From contig JAPSGB010000007.1 in NCBI GenBank assembly GCA_035063585.1, forward strand, positions 32,001 through 96,000: DNA of 64,000 nt, read 5' to 3'. The DNA comes from Polyangiaceae bacterium. Lineage in GTDB: Bacteria; Myxococcota_A; Polyangia; Polyangiales; Polyangiaceae. Positions 35,888-47,906 of this stretch are shown in pieces (position 1 is the first letter of the stretch; every line of letters starts with the position of its first letter). The notes under the pieces are model-generated. The model did no database searches. It was not told the origin of the DNA and saw only the letters and a list, made by a program, of their open reading frames with translations. The position numbers and the translations under genes are program-made.

Positions 35888-35963
35888 CCCCGCGCGGCTC
35901 TGGTTGGCAGCGGCGAACAGTCGAGATATACGCATCCCCGACTCGCACCGCTCCGCACGTCAC

Positions 35964-37664
35964 ATGAGCTCCGATCCCACCACCACCCCGGAACCCTCCT
36001 CGACGCCCGCCGAGGGCACGCCCGCCGAGGGCACGCCCGCCGACGACGCGTCGTCGGCGCCGCCCGCGCTCGCCAGCGAGACGCCGCCGAGCGGCGATGA
36101 CGCCGACGGCGCACCAGGAGCCTCCCTGGAAGGCGCCGCCGATGACGGACCGGCCGAGGGCGGGGCCGCGCCCGAGGACCGGCCAAAGAAGAAGCGCCGC
36201 CGAAAGAAGAAGCCGGGCGCTCGCGCCGAGGGCGGAGAGGGCTCATCACGCGGGCCGCGCCCCGCGACCGACCGGGTCCCCTTCCACGTCGGCGAGGAGG
36301 TGTTCGGCAAGGTCACGGCGGTGCTCGACGACGCGATCATGATCGACCTCTCCGGCAAGGCGCTGGCGGTGTTCGATCGCTCGGAGATGGCGGCGGACGA
36401 CCTCGTCCCGACCGCCGGCGACCGCTTCGTGGCCGCGGTGCACAACGACGGCGGGCGCGGCGGGCTGGTGGTGCTCACCCGCAAGCCCCTCCGCGAGGAA
36501 GAGGCGAAGCCGCTCGTCGAGCAAGCGTTCAAGGACGGGACGCTGGTGTCGGGGCTCGTCACGGGCGTGATCAAGGGCGGCGTCGAGGTCGACATCGGCG
36601 GCCTGCGCGCGTTCGCGCCGGCGTCAGGCATGGATCTGCATCCGGCCAACGCGAACTTCACCGCGCTGCTCGGCACGCGACTGGAGTTCAAGGTCGTGGA
36701 GTTCAAGCCGAACGGCCGCGACGTGGTGGTGACACGCCGGCCGATGCTCGAGGCGGAGGCTCACGAGCGCCGCGTGCGGGCGCTCGCGCTGCTCACCGAG
36801 GGGCAGAAGATGACCGGCGTGGTCCGGACCGTGGTCGAGTGGGGCCTCTTCGTCGCCCTGCCCGAGGCCGAGAACCTCGAGGGTCTGGTCCACGTCACCG
36901 AGGCCAGCCACGATCCGCGCGCCAACCTCGCCGAGCTCTTCAAGCCCGGAGAGAGCGTCGAGGTCCAGATCGTCCGCATCGACGAGAAGGGCAAGATCTG
37001 GCTGAGCCGAAAGGCGCTCGTCGAGGATCCGTGGGCGCAGGCCAAGCAAAGATACGCGCCCGGCTCCGAACACCAGGGCAAGGTCACCCGAGTGGAGCGG
37101 TTCGGCGTGTTCGTCGAGCTCGAGCCGGGGATGGAAGGGCTCATCCACGTCTCGGACCTCGGCCTGGACCGCGCAGCCGAGCCGAGCAGCGTCGCCACCG
37201 TCGGCCAGGAGCGGGCGGTCGTGGTGCAACACTTCGACGCCAAGACGAAGAAGCTCGCGCTTCACCCTGCGCTCCCGCCCGAGCGCGCCGACGAGCCGCG
37301 GCAGAAGGTCGTGCGGGGCGCGACCGTCACGGTCGAGGTCGTGAAGGCGGAGGGCAGCGCTGGTCTCGTGGTCCGGCTGCTCGGGGTCACCGGCAAGGCC
37401 GGGCGCGGCTTCATCCCGTCCGGTCAGACGGGCACCCAGCGCGGCACCGATCTCCGCAAGCACTTCAAGCAGGGCACCCGCCTCGAAGCCAAGATCATCG
37501 AGGTCGATCCGCGGCGGGGTGAGCCGAAGCTCAGCCTGCGCGCGCTCGCCGAGGACGAGGAGCGGACCGCGCACCGCGAGTACCGCAAGGCGCTCGCTCG
37601 CGAGGGCGGCTTCGGCACCCTCGGCGATCTGCTCGCCAAGAAGCTCGGCGGCGGCAGCAAGTAG
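35964..37664 (+). CDS. Multi-S1-domain RNA-binding protein (RpsA-like paralog) with a low-complexity N-terminal extension
   Basis: Repeated S1 motifs (KGGVEVDIGGLRAFAP, WGLFVAL...EGLVHVTE, FGVFVELEPGMEGLIHVSD); C-terminal GTLGDLL. Confidence 0.85.
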   Translation: MSSDPTTTPEPSSTPAEGTPAEGTPADDASSAPPALASETPPSGDDADGAPGASLEGAADDGPAEGGAAPEDRPKKKRRRKKKPGARAEGGEGSSRGPRPATDRVPFHVGEEVFGKVTAVLDDAIMIDLSGKALAVFDRSEMAADDLVPTAGDRFVAAVHNDGGRGGLVVLTRKPLREEEAKPLVEQAFKDGTLVSGLVTGVIKGGVEVDIGGLRAFAPASGMDLHPANANFTALLGTRLEFKVVEFKPNGRDVVVTRRPMLEAEAHERRVRALALLTEGQKMTGVVRTVVEWGLFVALPEAENLEGLVHVTEASHDPRANLAELFKPGESVEVQIVRIDEKGKIWLSRKALVEDPWAQAKQRYAPGSEHQGKVTRVERFGVFVELEPGMEGLIHVSDLGLDRAAEPSSVATVGQERAVVVQHFDAKTKKLALHPALPPERADEPRQKVVRGATVTVEVVKAEGSAGLVVRLLGVTGKAGRGFIPSGQTGTQRGTDLRKHFKQGTRLEAKIIEVDPRRGEPKLSLRALAEDEERTAHREYRKALAREGGFGTLGDLLAKKLGGGSK

Positions 37665-37677
37665 CGGCGCCGGCGAG

Positions 37678-38913
37678 CTACTCTCGTCCGAGCGCCTGGA
37701 TCGGATCGAGCCGGGCCGCGCGCCGCGCCGGCAGGAACCCGAAGCCGACGCCGACCGCGGTGCTGGTGGCGAGCGCGACGGCGAGGGCGCGCAGCGAGAG
37801 CCCCATCTCCCAGTCGAGCGCGTGCGCGACGCCGGCGACCGCGAGCGCGGCCACCAGCGCGCCGGCGGCTCCCCCGGCGACGCACAGCACCACCGCTTCC
37901 ACCAGGAATTGGAGCATGATGTCCCCCTCGCGCGCGCCGATCGCCATGCGAATCCCGATCTCGCGGGTGCGCTCCGTGACGCTCACCAGCATGATGTTCA
38001 TCACGCCGATCCCGCCCACCAGGAGGCTGATCGCCGCGACGCCGAAGAGCAGCGCCTGGAGCACGCCGAGGATCGTCTCCTGCATCACCCGGAAGTCTTC
38101 CTGGCTGTGCAGCTGAAAATCGTTCTCCGCGCCCTCGGCCAGGTGATGACGCTGCCGTAGGATGGCGGTCACCTCGCGTTTCATCCGCGCGCTCCCGGCG
38201 CGACTCTTGCCGCCGATGAGGAGCCGCCCCGCCTGCCCGGGGCGCCCTTGCACCAGCTTCGCGCGCAGCGTGGCGAGCGGCATCACGACCACGTTGTCCT
38301 GATCCTGCCCGAACGCGCTCTGCCCCTTCGGCTCGAGCACGCCAATCACGGTGAACGGATACCGCCCGATCCGCACCGAGCGGCCCACCGGATCCTCGCC
38401 GTGAAAGAGCTCGCTCGCGACCGTGCTGCCGATCACGATGAGCTTGTCTCCGAGCACCTCCGCGGAGTGGCCCCACAGCTGCCCGGCGGCCGGCTTCCAC
38501 GCGCGCACCTCGAAGAACCCGAGGGTGCTGCCGATGACCTGCGCGGTCGTGTTCTCGTCCTGCCACATGAGCTGCGAGAAGGTGGTGATGAGCGGCACCG
38601 AGACGCTCACCTCGGACGCCTCGCGGGCGATGGCCTCCGCGTCGTCATCGGTGAGCGCGGGCAGCGCGCTCGCGTCGCGTACGCCGCTCCGCGCCGTCTC
38701 GAGCGGGGTTACCACGAGGGCGTTGTTGCCGATGCTATCGATGCGGCCCGAGACGGCGCGGCTCGCGCCGTCGCCGAGCGCGACGACCAGGGTGACCGCC
38801 GCCACGCCGATGAGGATGCCGAACGCGGTGAGCGCGCCGCGCAGGAGATTCCGCCGGAGCGCACCGAACGCGACCAGGAGCGCGGTCGAGAGGAATCGTA
38901 GGGTCCGGCTCAC
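37678..38913 (-). CDS. MacB/FtsX-family ABC permease
   Basis: ALTAFGILIGVAAV; GGIGVMNIMLVSVTERTREIGIRMAIGA; PARRAARLDPIQAL. Confidence 0.94.
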   Translation of the reverse strand: MSRTLRFLSTALLVAFGALRRNLLRGALTAFGILIGVAAVTLVVALGDGASRAVSGRIDSIGNNALVVTPLETARSGVRDASALPALTDDDAEAIAREASEVSVSVPLITTFSQLMWQDENTTAQVIGSTLGFFEVRAWKPAAGQLWGHSAEVLGDKLIVIGSTVASELFHGEDPVGRSVRIGRYPFTVIGVLEPKGQSAFGQDQDNVVVMPLATLRAKLVQGRPGQAGRLLIGGKSRAGSARMKREVTAILRQRHHLAEGAENDFQLHSQEDFRVMQETILGVLQALLFGVAAISLLVGGIGVMNIMLVSVTERTREIGIRMAIGAREGDIMLQFLVEAVVLCVAGGAAGALVAALAVAGVAHALDWEMGLSLRALAVALATSTAVGVGFGFLPARRAARLDPIQALGRE

Positions 38914-38949
38914 GCGCGGCCTCGCCGAACTGCGCGAGCGAGGCCGGTC

Positions 38950-39011
38950 GATGCCGGTCCGGCGCGGAACCGCGCGGTCCGGCGAGCGCGGTTCCGCGCC
39001 GGACCGACATC
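38950..39011. repeat. 26-bp-arm intergenic inverted repeat (REP-like hairpin)
   Basis: gatgccggtccggcgcggaaccgcgc, 10-nt loop, gcgcggttccgcgccggaccgacatc; the single mismatch is G:U on the transcribed (minus) strand. Confidence 0.85.
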
Positions 39012-39033
39012 CCTCGCATCACGAGCCCCCGCG

Positions 39034-40991
<1,958 letters not shown>

Positions 40992-40999
40992 GAGTGGCC

Positions 41000-42304
41000 T
41001 CAGAAGAGGTGGAAGCCCTTCTTCTCGTCGCCCCGCTGGTCGACGATGACCTCGGCGCCGAGCGTGAGGGCGCCGTCCGTGAGCGCCGTCCACACGCCGT
41101 CAGTGATGCCGACCCCGAGGAGCTTCTCGATCGCGGCGGCCTCGGCGGGCGGCCCGCCACCGACCAGGTAGACGCGCCCCTCGCCCGCGCGGAGCGGCTT
41201 CACGGGAGGAGCAGCCTGCTTCTTGGCCTCATCCTCCTTCTCGTCCTCGTCGGGGTCGAGCGGGCGAAAGCGGAGCGCAGCGTTGCGCACCGCGAGCACC
41301 TGACGCGCCTCGCGCGTGCGGATGCTCACGGTCGCCGTCATCCCCGGGCGAAGCTTCAGCTCCGGGTTGTCGACGTCGATCACCGCCGAGTAGGTGACGA
41401 CCCCCGCCACCGTGTTCGGGCTGTAGCGCACCTGGGTCACGGTGCCCGCGAACTTCTCGCCGGGGAAGGCGTCGACGACCACCTCGGCGCGCATCCCCTC
41501 CTTCAGCTTGCCGACGTCCGCCTCGTCGATGTCGGCGAGCACCTGCATCTTCGAGAGATCCTGCGCGATGACGAAGAGCACCGGCGCGGCAAAACTCGCG
41601 GCCACCGTCTGGCCGGGGTCGATGCTGCGCGTGATCACCACGCCGTCGATCGGCGAGTAGATCCGCGTATACGCGAGGGTGGTGCGGGCGCTCCGGAGCT
41701 GCGCGCCGAGCTGGCCGGTCTGCGCCTCGGAGGCGGTGAGATCCGCCTCGGCGACGTCATACTCGCCCTGCGCCTGATCGACCTCTGCTTGCGAGACGAG
41801 ATGCTCGGCGAGCAGGCTCTTCCGCCGCGCGAGCTCGATGCGCGTCGTCTCGAGCCGCGCCTTGGCGCGCTGCACGGCCGCGCGCGCCGCCTTGAGCTGT
41901 GCGTCGGATTGGCTCACCTGAGCCCCGAACAGGCTCGGGTCGATGACGGCGAGCAGATCGCCCTTCTTGACCGCGCTGTTGAAGTCGACCTTCACCTCGA
42001 CGATGCGGCCGGAGACCTGGGCGCCCACCTGGACCTCGGTGAGCGGCTTGACCGAGCCGGTCGACTGGACCTGCTCGACGACGTCGCGGCGCTCGACCGC
42101 GGCAGTCGTGAAGCGCGGCGGCGGAGGTGGCGCGGTCTTCTTGCGCCAGAACACCAAGCCGGTGACCGCGGCGCCGAGGAACGCGAGCACGGCGAGCCGC
42201 CGGAGCCAGCGCCGCCCGCCGAGCGCGCCGAGCTCGCGCTCGAGCTCGCGGACGGCGTCACCGACGAGCCGCGGCGGGTCGGCGTGTTCAGGCTCAGGGG
42301 ACAT
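41000..42304 (-). CDS. MacA-type periplasmic adaptor (membrane fusion protein)
   Basis: ATG 42304; TM anchor; VGAQVSGRI..VDFNS.VKKG, SPIDGVVI..PGQTVAASF.AP, LRPGMTA. Confidence 0.92.
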   Translation of the reverse strand: MSPEPEHADPPRLVGDAVRELERELGALGGRRWLRRLAVLAFLGAAVTGLVFWRKKTAPPPPPRFTTAAVERRDVVEQVQSTGSVKPLTEVQVGAQVSGRIVEVKVDFNSAVKKGDLLAVIDPSLFGAQVSQSDAQLKAARAAVQRAKARLETTRIELARRKSLLAEHLVSQAEVDQAQGEYDVAEADLTASEAQTGQLGAQLRSARTTLAYTRIYSPIDGVVITRSIDPGQTVAASFAAPVLFVIAQDLSKMQVLADIDEADVGKLKEGMRAEVVVDAFPGEKFAGTVTQVRYSPNTVAGVVTYSAVIDVDNPELKLRPGMTATVSIRTREARQVLAVRNAALRFRPLDPDEDEKEDEAKKQAAPPVKPLRAGEGRVYLVGGGPPAEAAAIEKLLGVGITDGVWTALTDGALTLGAEVIVDQRGDEKKGFHLF

Positions 42305-42493
42305 CGACGCTCGCGCCGCCTGTCGGGGGCGGGCCCCGTGGGCGTAGCAGAGATCTCGGGCAGCGGTCAGGCCCGCTCGCGAGAGCGCCGAACGAGGGGG
42401 CGGTCCGGCCGAGGTCACGCCGTGAAGATCCCGCAGATCCACTGGCAATTCCCGTAGTAGCTACCCGCCGCCCCAAGGCCGAGCGGCGCTCGA

Positions 42494-42523
42494 TTGTCGA
42501 AGGGGCGGCCGATGCACTATCTT
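42494..42523 (+). promoter_or_regulatory. Possible sigma70-type promoter for the ECF operon
   Basis: TTGTCG-18 nt-TATCTT, about 65 nt upstream of the ECF start codon. Confidence 0.3.
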
Positions 42524-42588
42524 GGAGGACCGCGGGCGACCTGGCCCGACGCGGGACGGCCGGTCGCTGTCCGTGTACCCGGACGGGA

Positions 42589-43185
42589 ATGCCCAAGAAG
42601 AGCGATCGTGAGCTGGTCGATGCGGCGCGGACGGGCGACGCGGAGGCCTTCGGCGTCTTCGTACGGCGCCACTATGAGCGGGTTTATCGGCTCGCGCTCC
42701 ACATGCTGCGCGACCCCGCGGAAGCGGAAGACGTGACCCAGAACACCTTCGTCCGCGCCTACGGGGCGCTCGATCGGTTCGACGGCCGGAGCGAGCCGTT
42801 CACGTGGACGTACCGTATTGCGGTAAACCTCTCCCTCAACGCGATCCGCGCGCGCAAGACCACCCGCCGCGGAGCCGCCGCGGACGACCCGCACATCGAG
42901 GGCCTGCTCGCAGAGCAGCGCGGGGCTGGCGCGAACCCGAGCACGCTCAGCGCGGATCGCGAGCTCGCGCTGGCGCTGTCGGACGGCATCGATCAGCTGA
43001 GCGAGACGCTCCGCTCGACGCTGCTCTTGGTGACGATCGATGGGCTCAGCCACGCCGAAGCCGCGGAGACCCTCGGGTGCCCGGAGGGAACGGTGGCCTG
43101 GCGCGTGCACGAGGCGCGGAGGAAGCTGCGCGCATACCTCGCGACGCGCGGATACGGCGACGACGTCACGGAGAAGCGGTCATGA
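42589..43185 (+). CDS. ECF sigma factor
   Basis: DRELV...GD.EAF, AEDVTQNTF, FTWTYRIAVN, GLSHAEAAETLGCPEGTVAWRVHEAR. Confidence 0.93.
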   Translation: MPKKSDRELVDAARTGDAEAFGVFVRRHYERVYRLALHMLRDPAEAEDVTQNTFVRAYGALDRFDGRSEPFTWTYRIAVNLSLNAIRARKTTRRGAAADDPHIEGLLAEQRGAGANPSTLSADRELALALSDGIDQLSETLRSTLLLVTIDGLSHAEAAETLGCPEGTVAWRVHEARRKLRAYLATRGYGDDVTEKRS

Positions 43186-44396
43186 CGGAGAGAGACTCGG
43201 CCGGACTGCCGAAGGACGCCGAGCGCCTGCTCGCGGGATGGGCCGCGACGACGCGGGACGCGGCGACGCTGGAGGAGCTCACCCGTCGAACCGACGCGCG
43301 CTGCGCCGAGACGGCGCCCGGCTCCACGCCCGACGAGCTGCTCGCCGCGCCGCTGCCGGAGAGCGCGAGCGACGGCTCGCTCGCGGCGCCGGCCGGAGCA
43401 TCGCCCGACTCCCTGCCCGCCCCGCGCGCGAGCAGCCCCGGGCTCGCCGGGATGAGCCTCGCGGCGCTCGCCGCGAGCGTGAGCGCGCAGACGCGCCCGG
43501 AGACGGAGGCCGACCTCGCGCGCGAGAGCCTGTCCTTGGCCTCGCAGTCGCGCCCGAGCGCGCGCGAGATCGCCGCCAGCCTCTCGGCGCGCCGCGCTGC
43601 GCCGTCGGTGCCGCCCGCGCCGTCGGCGCAGGTGCCCGCGAGCACCGCTGCACCGGCGCAGGCGGCGCCTCTGCCCGCTGCGGCCGCATCCGGGCGGAGC
43701 GGGTGGCTGATCGGCGGCGCCGCGCTGCTCGCGCTCGCCGCGGCGCTCGTGCTCATGCTCGGTCGCCGAGCGCCCGCGCCGTCGGCGACCGCGATCGTGC
43801 TCGCGAATGCCAGCGCGCCGGCCGCATCGGCGCCACCCGAGCTCCTCGAGCCCCCCGACCAGGGCGCCGCGACGCCGAGCCCGCCCGGGGCTTCACCCAT
43901 CGCCGCGGCCGGCGCGAACGCGCCGCCGACCGCGCCGCGCGCGGCCGCCCCGGGCGAACATGTCGTCGCGGCCAAGCCGGCGGGCTCGGCGGGTCCGAGC
44001 GACCAGGAGCCGACGCCAGAGAAGATCACGCTCGCGGAGACCCCGGAACCCGCGAACCTCGCCCCCCGGCCAGCCGCTCCCGCGGCAAAGGAGGACGAGC
44101 CGGAGCCCGGCACGCCCGCGGCCGGCGAGAGCGCGCCCGAGAAGCCGTCATCCGGCGACATCCAGGCCGCGATCGCCTCGGTGCTCGGCGGGGCGCGCGC
44201 CTGCGTCGCGGGGCAGGAGGCGCCGTCCAAAGCCACCATCGTCTTCGGCTCCGACGGCCGCGTCCAGAGCGTGACCGTTACCGGTCCAGCGGCCGGCACG
44301 CCGTCGGCGGACTGCATCCGCGCGGCGCTCAGCCGGGCGCGGGTGCACCGATTCACCCGCCCGAGCTTCTCGGTCGGGACCGCCATCCGCCCCTGA
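43182..44396 (+). CDS. Putative anti-sigma membrane protein with a C-terminal AgmX/PglI (TonB-C-like) domain
   Basis: ATGA overlap with the ECF stop; single TM (WLIGGAALLALAAALVLML); Pro/Ala linker; ARAC...IVFGSDGRVQSVTV...ADCIRAAL. Confidence 0.7.
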   Translation: MTERDSAGLPKDAERLLAGWAATTRDAATLEELTRRTDARCAETAPGSTPDELLAAPLPESASDGSLAAPAGASPDSLPAPRASSPGLAGMSLAALAASVSAQTRPETEADLARESLSLASQSRPSAREIAASLSARRAAPSVPPAPSAQVPASTAAPAQAAPLPAAAASGRSGWLIGGAALLALAAALVLMLGRRAPAPSATAIVLANASAPAASAPPELLEPPDQGAATPSPPGASPIAAAGANAPPTAPRAAAPGEHVVAAKPAGSAGPSDQEPTPEKITLAETPEPANLAPRPAAPAAKEDEPEPGTPAAGESAPEKPSSGDIQAAIASVLGGARACVAGQEAPSKATIVFGSDGRVQSVTVTGPAAGTPSADCIRAALSRARVHRFTRPSFSVGTAIRP

Positions 44397-44457
44397 GCCC
44401 GCGCGGAGCGCAGCCGCGGGGCGTCGCGGCGCTCGGCCGAAGCGAGCGGCGAGCGCG

Positions 44458-44486
44458 TTGACAAGCCCGGAAGCTTCGCCCATATT
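44458..44486 (+). promoter_or_regulatory. Sigma70-type promoter of the small ORF-rpsT operon
   Basis: TTGACA (44458-44463), exactly 17 nt, CATATT (44481-44486). Confidence 0.75.
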
Positions 44487-44531
44487 CCGCCCTCCCGCGG
44501 GGTCGCGGAGTGTGTCTCGAGGTTAGAATCG

Positions 44532-44702
44532 ATGGTTTCGTCCACCCAGCAGACCGAGCGTCGCCGCAAGATCAACAGCTCACGCAACGGGCGCGACAAG
44601 AAGCGCGCGCGCGCCAAGCACAGCACCCAGGCGTTCGCCGTGCACCCGGCTGGCTACGACGCCGCGGCGCCGGACGCGCGGAAATCGACCCAAGGATCTT
44701 GA
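44532..44702 (+). CDS. Small basic protein, 56 aa, absent from the ORF track
   Basis: MVSSTQQTERRRKINSSRNGRDKKRARAKHSTQAFAVHPAGYDAAAPDARKSTQGS; GAGGT RBS; GC-rich third positions; stop 3 nt before the rpsT ATG. Confidence 0.78.
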   Translation: MVSSTQQTERRRKINSSRNGRDKKRARAKHSTQAFAVHPAGYDAAAPDARKSTQGS

Positions 44703-44705
44703 ACG

Positions 44706-44972
44706 ATGGCAAACCACCCTTCCGCAGCCAAGCGCAACCGCCAGCGGCTCGTCCGCGCCGAACGCAACAAGTCGATCCGCAGCGCGGTGCGCACCGCGGT
44801 GAAGAAGGCGCGTGCCGCCGCCGTGCGCGGTGACGAGTCGGCGAAGGCACTCATGATCGCGGCCGAGGGCGCGCTCGCGCGCGCGGCGAGCAAGGGCGTG
44901 CTGTCGCGCAAGAGCGCCTCGCGCACCACCTCGCGGATCAACATCGCCGCGAACAAGGTCAAGTCGGGCTGA
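44706..44972 (+). CDS. rpsT: 30S ribosomal protein S20
   Basis: MANHPSAAKRNRQ..RNKSIRSAVRTAVKK..AASKGVL..SASRTTSR. Confidence 0.97.
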   Translation: MANHPSAAKRNRQRLVRAERNKSIRSAVRTAVKKARAAAVRGDESAKALMIAAEGALARAASKGVLSRKSASRTTSRINIAANKVKSG

Positions 44973-44978
44973 GGCGCG

Positions 44979-45000
44979 GCGAGCCGGCGGCGCCGGCTCG
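44979..45000 (+). terminator. GC hairpin after rpsT (putative terminator)
   Basis: cgagccggc...gccggctcg inverted repeat; no U-tract. Confidence 0.4.
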
Positions 45001-45036
45001 GCTCGGAGCCCGTGCTACCCTGCGCGGTAGCTCGGA

Positions 45037-46275
<1,239 letters not shown>

Positions 46276-46317
46276 CGCCGAGCGCGGGGCGCGACTAAGC
46301 TCGCGCCTCATCCGATC

Positions 46318-47868
46318 ATGCGGCGGCGAACCCTGACGAGAGCTCGAGCGACGCGGCTCGCCGCGCTGGCGCTCACCGGGGCGCTCTCGCTGACCCGCGG
46401 CGCGAGCGCGCAGGGGGCTTCCGCGCCGGACCAACCAACCCCCACCTACGACGAGCACGCGGAGGCGACCCGACACTTCGAGCTCGGGGTGAAGCTATAT
46501 CGCGACGGTAACTGGGCAGGCGCGCTCGCCGAGTTCGAGGCGACCTATCGCCTGAAGCCCGGCGCGTCGTCGCTGCAGAACGTCGCGCTCTGCCTGAAGC
46601 AGCTCTTCCGTTACGCGGAGGCCGCCGACACCCTCGAGCGGCTGCTCGCGCGCCACGGCGCCGAGCTCGACGACGCGCAGCGGCGGAACGTGAAGGCCGC
46701 CATCCTGGAACTCTCGAGCCTGGTCGGGTCGATCGTCATCTCGGTGGTGCCGGCTAGCGCCAAGCTCAGCGTCGACGGGCGCGCGCTGGACGCGACCCTG
46801 CGCGCCGCGGGCGTTCGCCTGAACGTCGGCGAGCACACCGTGGTGGCCGAAGAGGATGGCTACCAGCGCCTGACGACGGTGGTGCGAGTGGCCGGCGGTC
46901 AGCGGCTGACGCCGGTAGCGCTCGAGCTCGTGCCGACCGGCGGGTTCGTGACCATCGAGACCGGGGACCGCGACGCTGCGATCGCCGTCGACGGCAAGCC
47001 GCTCGCGTTCCACGAGTGGCGCGGACCACTCCCGGTCGGACGCCACTACGTGCAGGTGTATAGGCAAGGCTACGTGACCTTCGAGCAGGTGTTCGGCGTC
47101 GCGCTCGGCGAGACGATCTCGGTGACCGCGACCCTCGAGCCGCTGCCGCCGGACGATGACGAGCCGGCGCGCGCCCCGAGCGCGGCGCCGCCCGCGCTCC
47201 TCGGCTGGTATGGGCTCGCCGTGCTCGATTTCCTGGGGCTCGACGGCGCCCCCGGCGGCATCAGCCAGGGCGGCCCCGAGGAAGAACGCGGCGGGCTCAT
47301 GGGCGGCGTGCGCGCCGGCTACCGGCTGTGGACGCCGGTCGGCGTGGAGCTCATGCTGGAGGCCGGGCGACACCGCGTGACCGACGCTTGCGTCACCGAG
47401 CAGCACCACTCGTGCGCGGACGGGATCACACGCAGCTACACGTTTTCCTCGTTTCGGCTCGGCCCAGCGCTCCGCATCCTGAGCGGCGGTGAGCGGCTGC
47501 GCTTCACCTCGACCCTCGGCGCCGGCGCGGTGCAGCACGAGCTCGCCTATGACGCCCCTCGGCAGGGCGGCGCGGTGAGCCCTGCGACGCGCGCGCTGCG
47601 TCAAGACGACGCGGCGCAAGGCTGGGATCCGTTCTTCTCGCTCGAGGTCGGCGCGCAGCTGAACCTCGGGCACTGGCTCGTCGAGGCCAACGTGACCGCG
47701 CTCCTCGACGGGGCGAGCAACGTCGAGGCGGCCGGCTGGCGCCCGTACGAGGCCACCGGCGGGCTCAAGATGCTCGGGCTCGGGCTGCGCGCCGGCTGGG
47801 GCGAGTGGGTCCCGTCGGGCGCGCCCACCACCCGCTCCGCGTACAGCCACGCGCCGTCCTTGTGGTAA
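46318..47868 (+). CDS. Exported TPR + two PEGA domains + C-terminal beta-barrel-like protein
   Basis: Signal peptide; HFELGVKLY...ALAEFE TPR; LSVDG..GEHTV and IAVDGK..GRHYVQV PEGA repeats; alternating beta-strand C-terminus. Confidence 0.78.
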   Translation: MRRRTLTRARATRLAALALTGALSLTRGASAQGASAPDQPTPTYDEHAEATRHFELGVKLYRDGNWAGALAEFEATYRLKPGASSLQNVALCLKQLFRYAEAADTLERLLARHGAELDDAQRRNVKAAILELSSLVGSIVISVVPASAKLSVDGRALDATLRAAGVRLNVGEHTVVAEEDGYQRLTTVVRVAGGQRLTPVALELVPTGGFVTIETGDRDAAIAVDGKPLAFHEWRGPLPVGRHYVQVYRQGYVTFEQVFGVALGETISVTATLEPLPPDDDEPARAPSAAPPALLGWYGLAVLDFLGLDGAPGGISQGGPEEERGGLMGGVRAGYRLWTPVGVELMLEAGRHRVTDACVTEQHHSCADGITRSYTFSSFRLGPALRILSGGERLRFTSTLGAGAVQHELAYDAPRQGGAVSPATRALRQDDAAQGWDPFFSLEVGAQLNLGHWLVEANVTALLDGASNVEAAGWRPYEATGGLKMLGLGLRAGWGEWVPSGAPTTRSAYSHAPSLW

Positions 47869-47906
47869 GACGAATCGTCCTGCACCACTCGACGAGGGGC
47901 TCCACC

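Noticed and set aside
44510..44833. 107-aa ORF overlapping rpsT
   Set aside because: Overlaps rpsT out of frame; the 56-aa frame at 44532 has an RBS, better codon bias and a clean junction.
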